Positions 62,409 through 64,000 of a stretch of 64,000 bases of DNA are shown here, one piece after another. Position 1 is the first letter of the stretch. Every line of letters begins with the position of its first letter. The notes under the pieces are model-generated. The model saw nothing but the letters and a program-made list of their open reading frames with translations, made no database searches and was not told the DNA's origin. The position numbers and the translations under genes were made by a program. This stretch comes from Sedimentisphaeraceae bacterium JB056 (GTDB lineage Bacteria; Planctomycetota; Phycisphaerae; Sedimentisphaerales; Sedimentisphaeraceae), in assembly GCA_044440125.1 (NCBI GenBank), contig JBITAJ010000002.1, positions 29,281 through 93,280 of the forward strand, given 5' to 3'.

Positions 62409-63485
62409 CTATTTGATAGAGACAGTAGACTCTCTAACAATTAACTCAACAGGCAGACGATAAATATCAGGAACTTCCTCTGAATTAACTACCGCATTTA
62501 TAGTTTCGAGAGTCTTGCTAACAACTAACTTTAATGAAACATGGACAGATGTGACAGTAGGATATAGAGAACGAGCAATAGACAAATCATCTGTTGCAAC
62601 AACAGAAACATCTCTCCCGGCTCTTAAGCCTTTTTTCTCTAAAAATCTATACAAACCAGATAGGACAGGGTCAGGCACAATAATTGCGGTAGGCATTGGA
62701 GATGTAGAAAAAATTCGCGAACATACCTCATCTATATATTCATCTTCAAAAGAAGTAAATCTAACCCAGTCAGGATTGACACGGCAGCCATTTTCAGCCA
62801 TGATTCTGTAGTAATCTTCACGTCTGGCAACCAATGCCTGCGAAGGGGCTCTTTCATTAACACTATGTAAATAAGCAATATTGGTATGCCCCAAAGAAAA
62901 AAGGTGTTCGAGCTGAAGCTTTACTACTTCAGAAGAAGGCAAAATCGACTTCTGCAAATTGTAGTTGTTATTTGGAAACAATGACACCCAAGATATATTC
63001 ATCTTGTCAAAAAGCTCCGTTATATCAGGAGAGTGCATACCAATTAAGACGCACGCCTTAATATCCGCCATTCTGATTATAGATTCATAATCAGCAATCG
63101 GCTCACCCATTCTTACCTTATGAAAGCGAACGCCACGTGTTTGTCTTGCCGCTTCAGATGTAAAAATCGCAATAAGTTCAGAAAAAAATGATTTGCCGCC
63201 ATCATAATCCACCGGCAACCCACACGAAATAATATCAATATATGGCACAAGTAAAGATTTAGGCACAGACTGCGAACGAAAAATCCCCTTACTCGCACGC
63301 CTCTCAATATATCCCTTGCTCTCAAACTCATCCAAAAGACTATCCATTCGGATTCGGCCAATCTCCATCTCTTTCATAAGTGTCCTGACAGGAGGTAATT
63401 GCTGTCCGGGAGCCAGCCTAGCTATCTGCTGCTCCATGTATTTTTTAGCTTTTTGTTTGATATCACTTCTTGCAAGAGTTGCCAT
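62409..63485 (-). CDS. GntR-wHTH + LacI-type regulator, paralogue of 52004-53080
   Basis: Same length (358 aa); shared IGR.R.D, LVPY.DII.CG, SFFSELIAIF.SEAAR, WVSLFPN, LIVRESTVSI. Confidence 0.88.
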   Translation of the reverse strand: MATLARSDIKQKAKKYMEQQIARLAPGQQLPPVRTLMKEMEIGRIRMDSLLDEFESKGYIERRASKGIFRSQSVPKSLLVPYIDIISCGLPVDYDGGKSFFSELIAIFTSEAARQTRGVRFHKVRMGEPIADYESIIRMADIKACVLIGMHSPDITELFDKMNISWVSLFPNNNYNLQKSILPSSEVVKLQLEHLFSLGHTNIAYLHSVNERAPSQALVARREDYYRIMAENGCRVNPDWVRFTSFEDEYIDEVCSRIFSTSPMPTAIIVPDPVLSGLYRFLEKKGLRAGRDVSVVATDDLSIARSLYPTVTSVHVSLKLVVSKTLETINAVVNSEEVPDIYRLPVELIVRESTVSIK

Positions 63486-63502
63486 CTATAAAACTCCTAA
63501 TA

Positions 63503-63558
63503 CTGTGTCTACTCTGTGTCTTTTTCTTAATAATACATAACAAAAAAAACAGAGTCAA
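63503..63558 (-). promoter_or_regulatory. Promoter and tandem direct-repeat operator candidate
   Basis: Minus strand TTGACT (63558-63553)-17 bp-TATTAT (63535-63530). CTGTGTCT repeated at 63503 and 63514 (11-bp period) between promoter and start codon. Confidence 0.6.
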
Positions 63559-63811
63559 GCTTTTAAAACACAAAAACGCACACTTTAATTCAAAACACTT
63601 AATAATATCCCTACACTTAACTTGCAGTAAGCAAATATAACAATCACGCATCTCCTTCTAAAACAAGACTACTCTCCTCATACACAGTTTCATCATTCGG
63701 CTTAAATACAGTGGTCTTGATATCAAGCAACTATTTGCAGAAATGACTTTAAAAGCAAAGAAACATAAACAACTGATTACTATTTTGACGCTTTGTGATG
63801 TTTTGAACTTT

Positions 63812-63855
63812 AAAAGAAAAAGCCTCAAATCGCTAAAATCAGCAATTTCAAGGCT
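63812..63855 (-). terminator. Terminator-like hairpin downstream of the tRNA fragment
   Basis: Imperfect inverted repeat AGCCTCAAATCGCT...AGCAATTTCAAGGCT, followed on the minus strand by TTTTCTTTT. Confidence 0.5.
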
Positions 63856-63864
63856 ATTCAAAAA

Positions 63865-63906
63865 CACACCCGCCAAGATTCGAACTTGGGACCTACGGAT
63901 TAGAAA
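63865..63906 (-). mobile_element. 3' half of tRNA-Arg(TCT): probable att site of an integrative element
   Basis: Minus strand TTTCTAA TCCGT AGGTC CCAAG TTCGAAT CTTGG CGGGTGT G gives anticodon loop, 3' anticodon stem, perfect T-arm and acceptor strand. The upstream sequence cannot form the 5' anticodon stem, D-arm or 5' acceptor strand. Confidence 0.8.
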
Positions 63907-64000
63907 CACGAATCTCTGGTTTCGTAAGTATCTACTAATAAATGATTAACAACTGATATTAAAAGACTTATAATTTCAACCGTAGCACAGTCGAAGCTCA

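Noticed and set aside
63865..63945. Complete tRNA-Arg gene
   Set aside because: No 5' acceptor strand, D-arm or 5' anticodon stem (ACGGA expected, TCGTG found).
63658..63949. ORFs 63658-63909 (-) and 63743-63949 (+)
   Set aside because: They are translations of the tRNA fragment, hairpin and AT-rich intergenic DNA.

Overview
AT-rich bacterial DNA, almost fully coding and mostly on the minus strand, devoted to carbohydrate utilisation. It carries prepilin-type DUF1559-like genes, a PEP-CTERM protein and proteins ending in a single dockerin-like loop. That gene set suggests a planctomycete of the Phycisphaerae/Sedimentisphaerales type (inference). About 46 intact or edge-truncated CDS encode GH2, GH3, GH29 (x2 plus one divergent), GH39, GH50-like, GH65, GH78-like, GH95, DUF2961/GH172 and GHL10-like enzymes, three BNR/sialidase-like proteins, two Na+:solute symporters, sugar redox/aldolase/isomerase enzymes and six regulators. 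The most striking structure is a cassette that occurs three times: regulator, then prepilin-like DUF1559 gene, then secreted proteins. In two copies the downstream genes are paralogues built from one shared module: FG-GAP-like repeats at 19.5-24 kb, and an unnamed ~248-aa module present 7 times at 37.7-51.2 kb. The module occurs alone or fused to a catalytic domain, with different C-terminal tags. No SusC/SusD or TonB receptor is present. Mobile-element traces are an N-terminally truncated tyrosine integrase with arm-like repeats (26.0-26.7 kb) and a 3' half of tRNA-Arg(TCT) at 63.9 kb, a likely att site. No CRISPR array, rRNA or complete tRNA was seen. All family calls come from motif recognition by eye, not from database searches.
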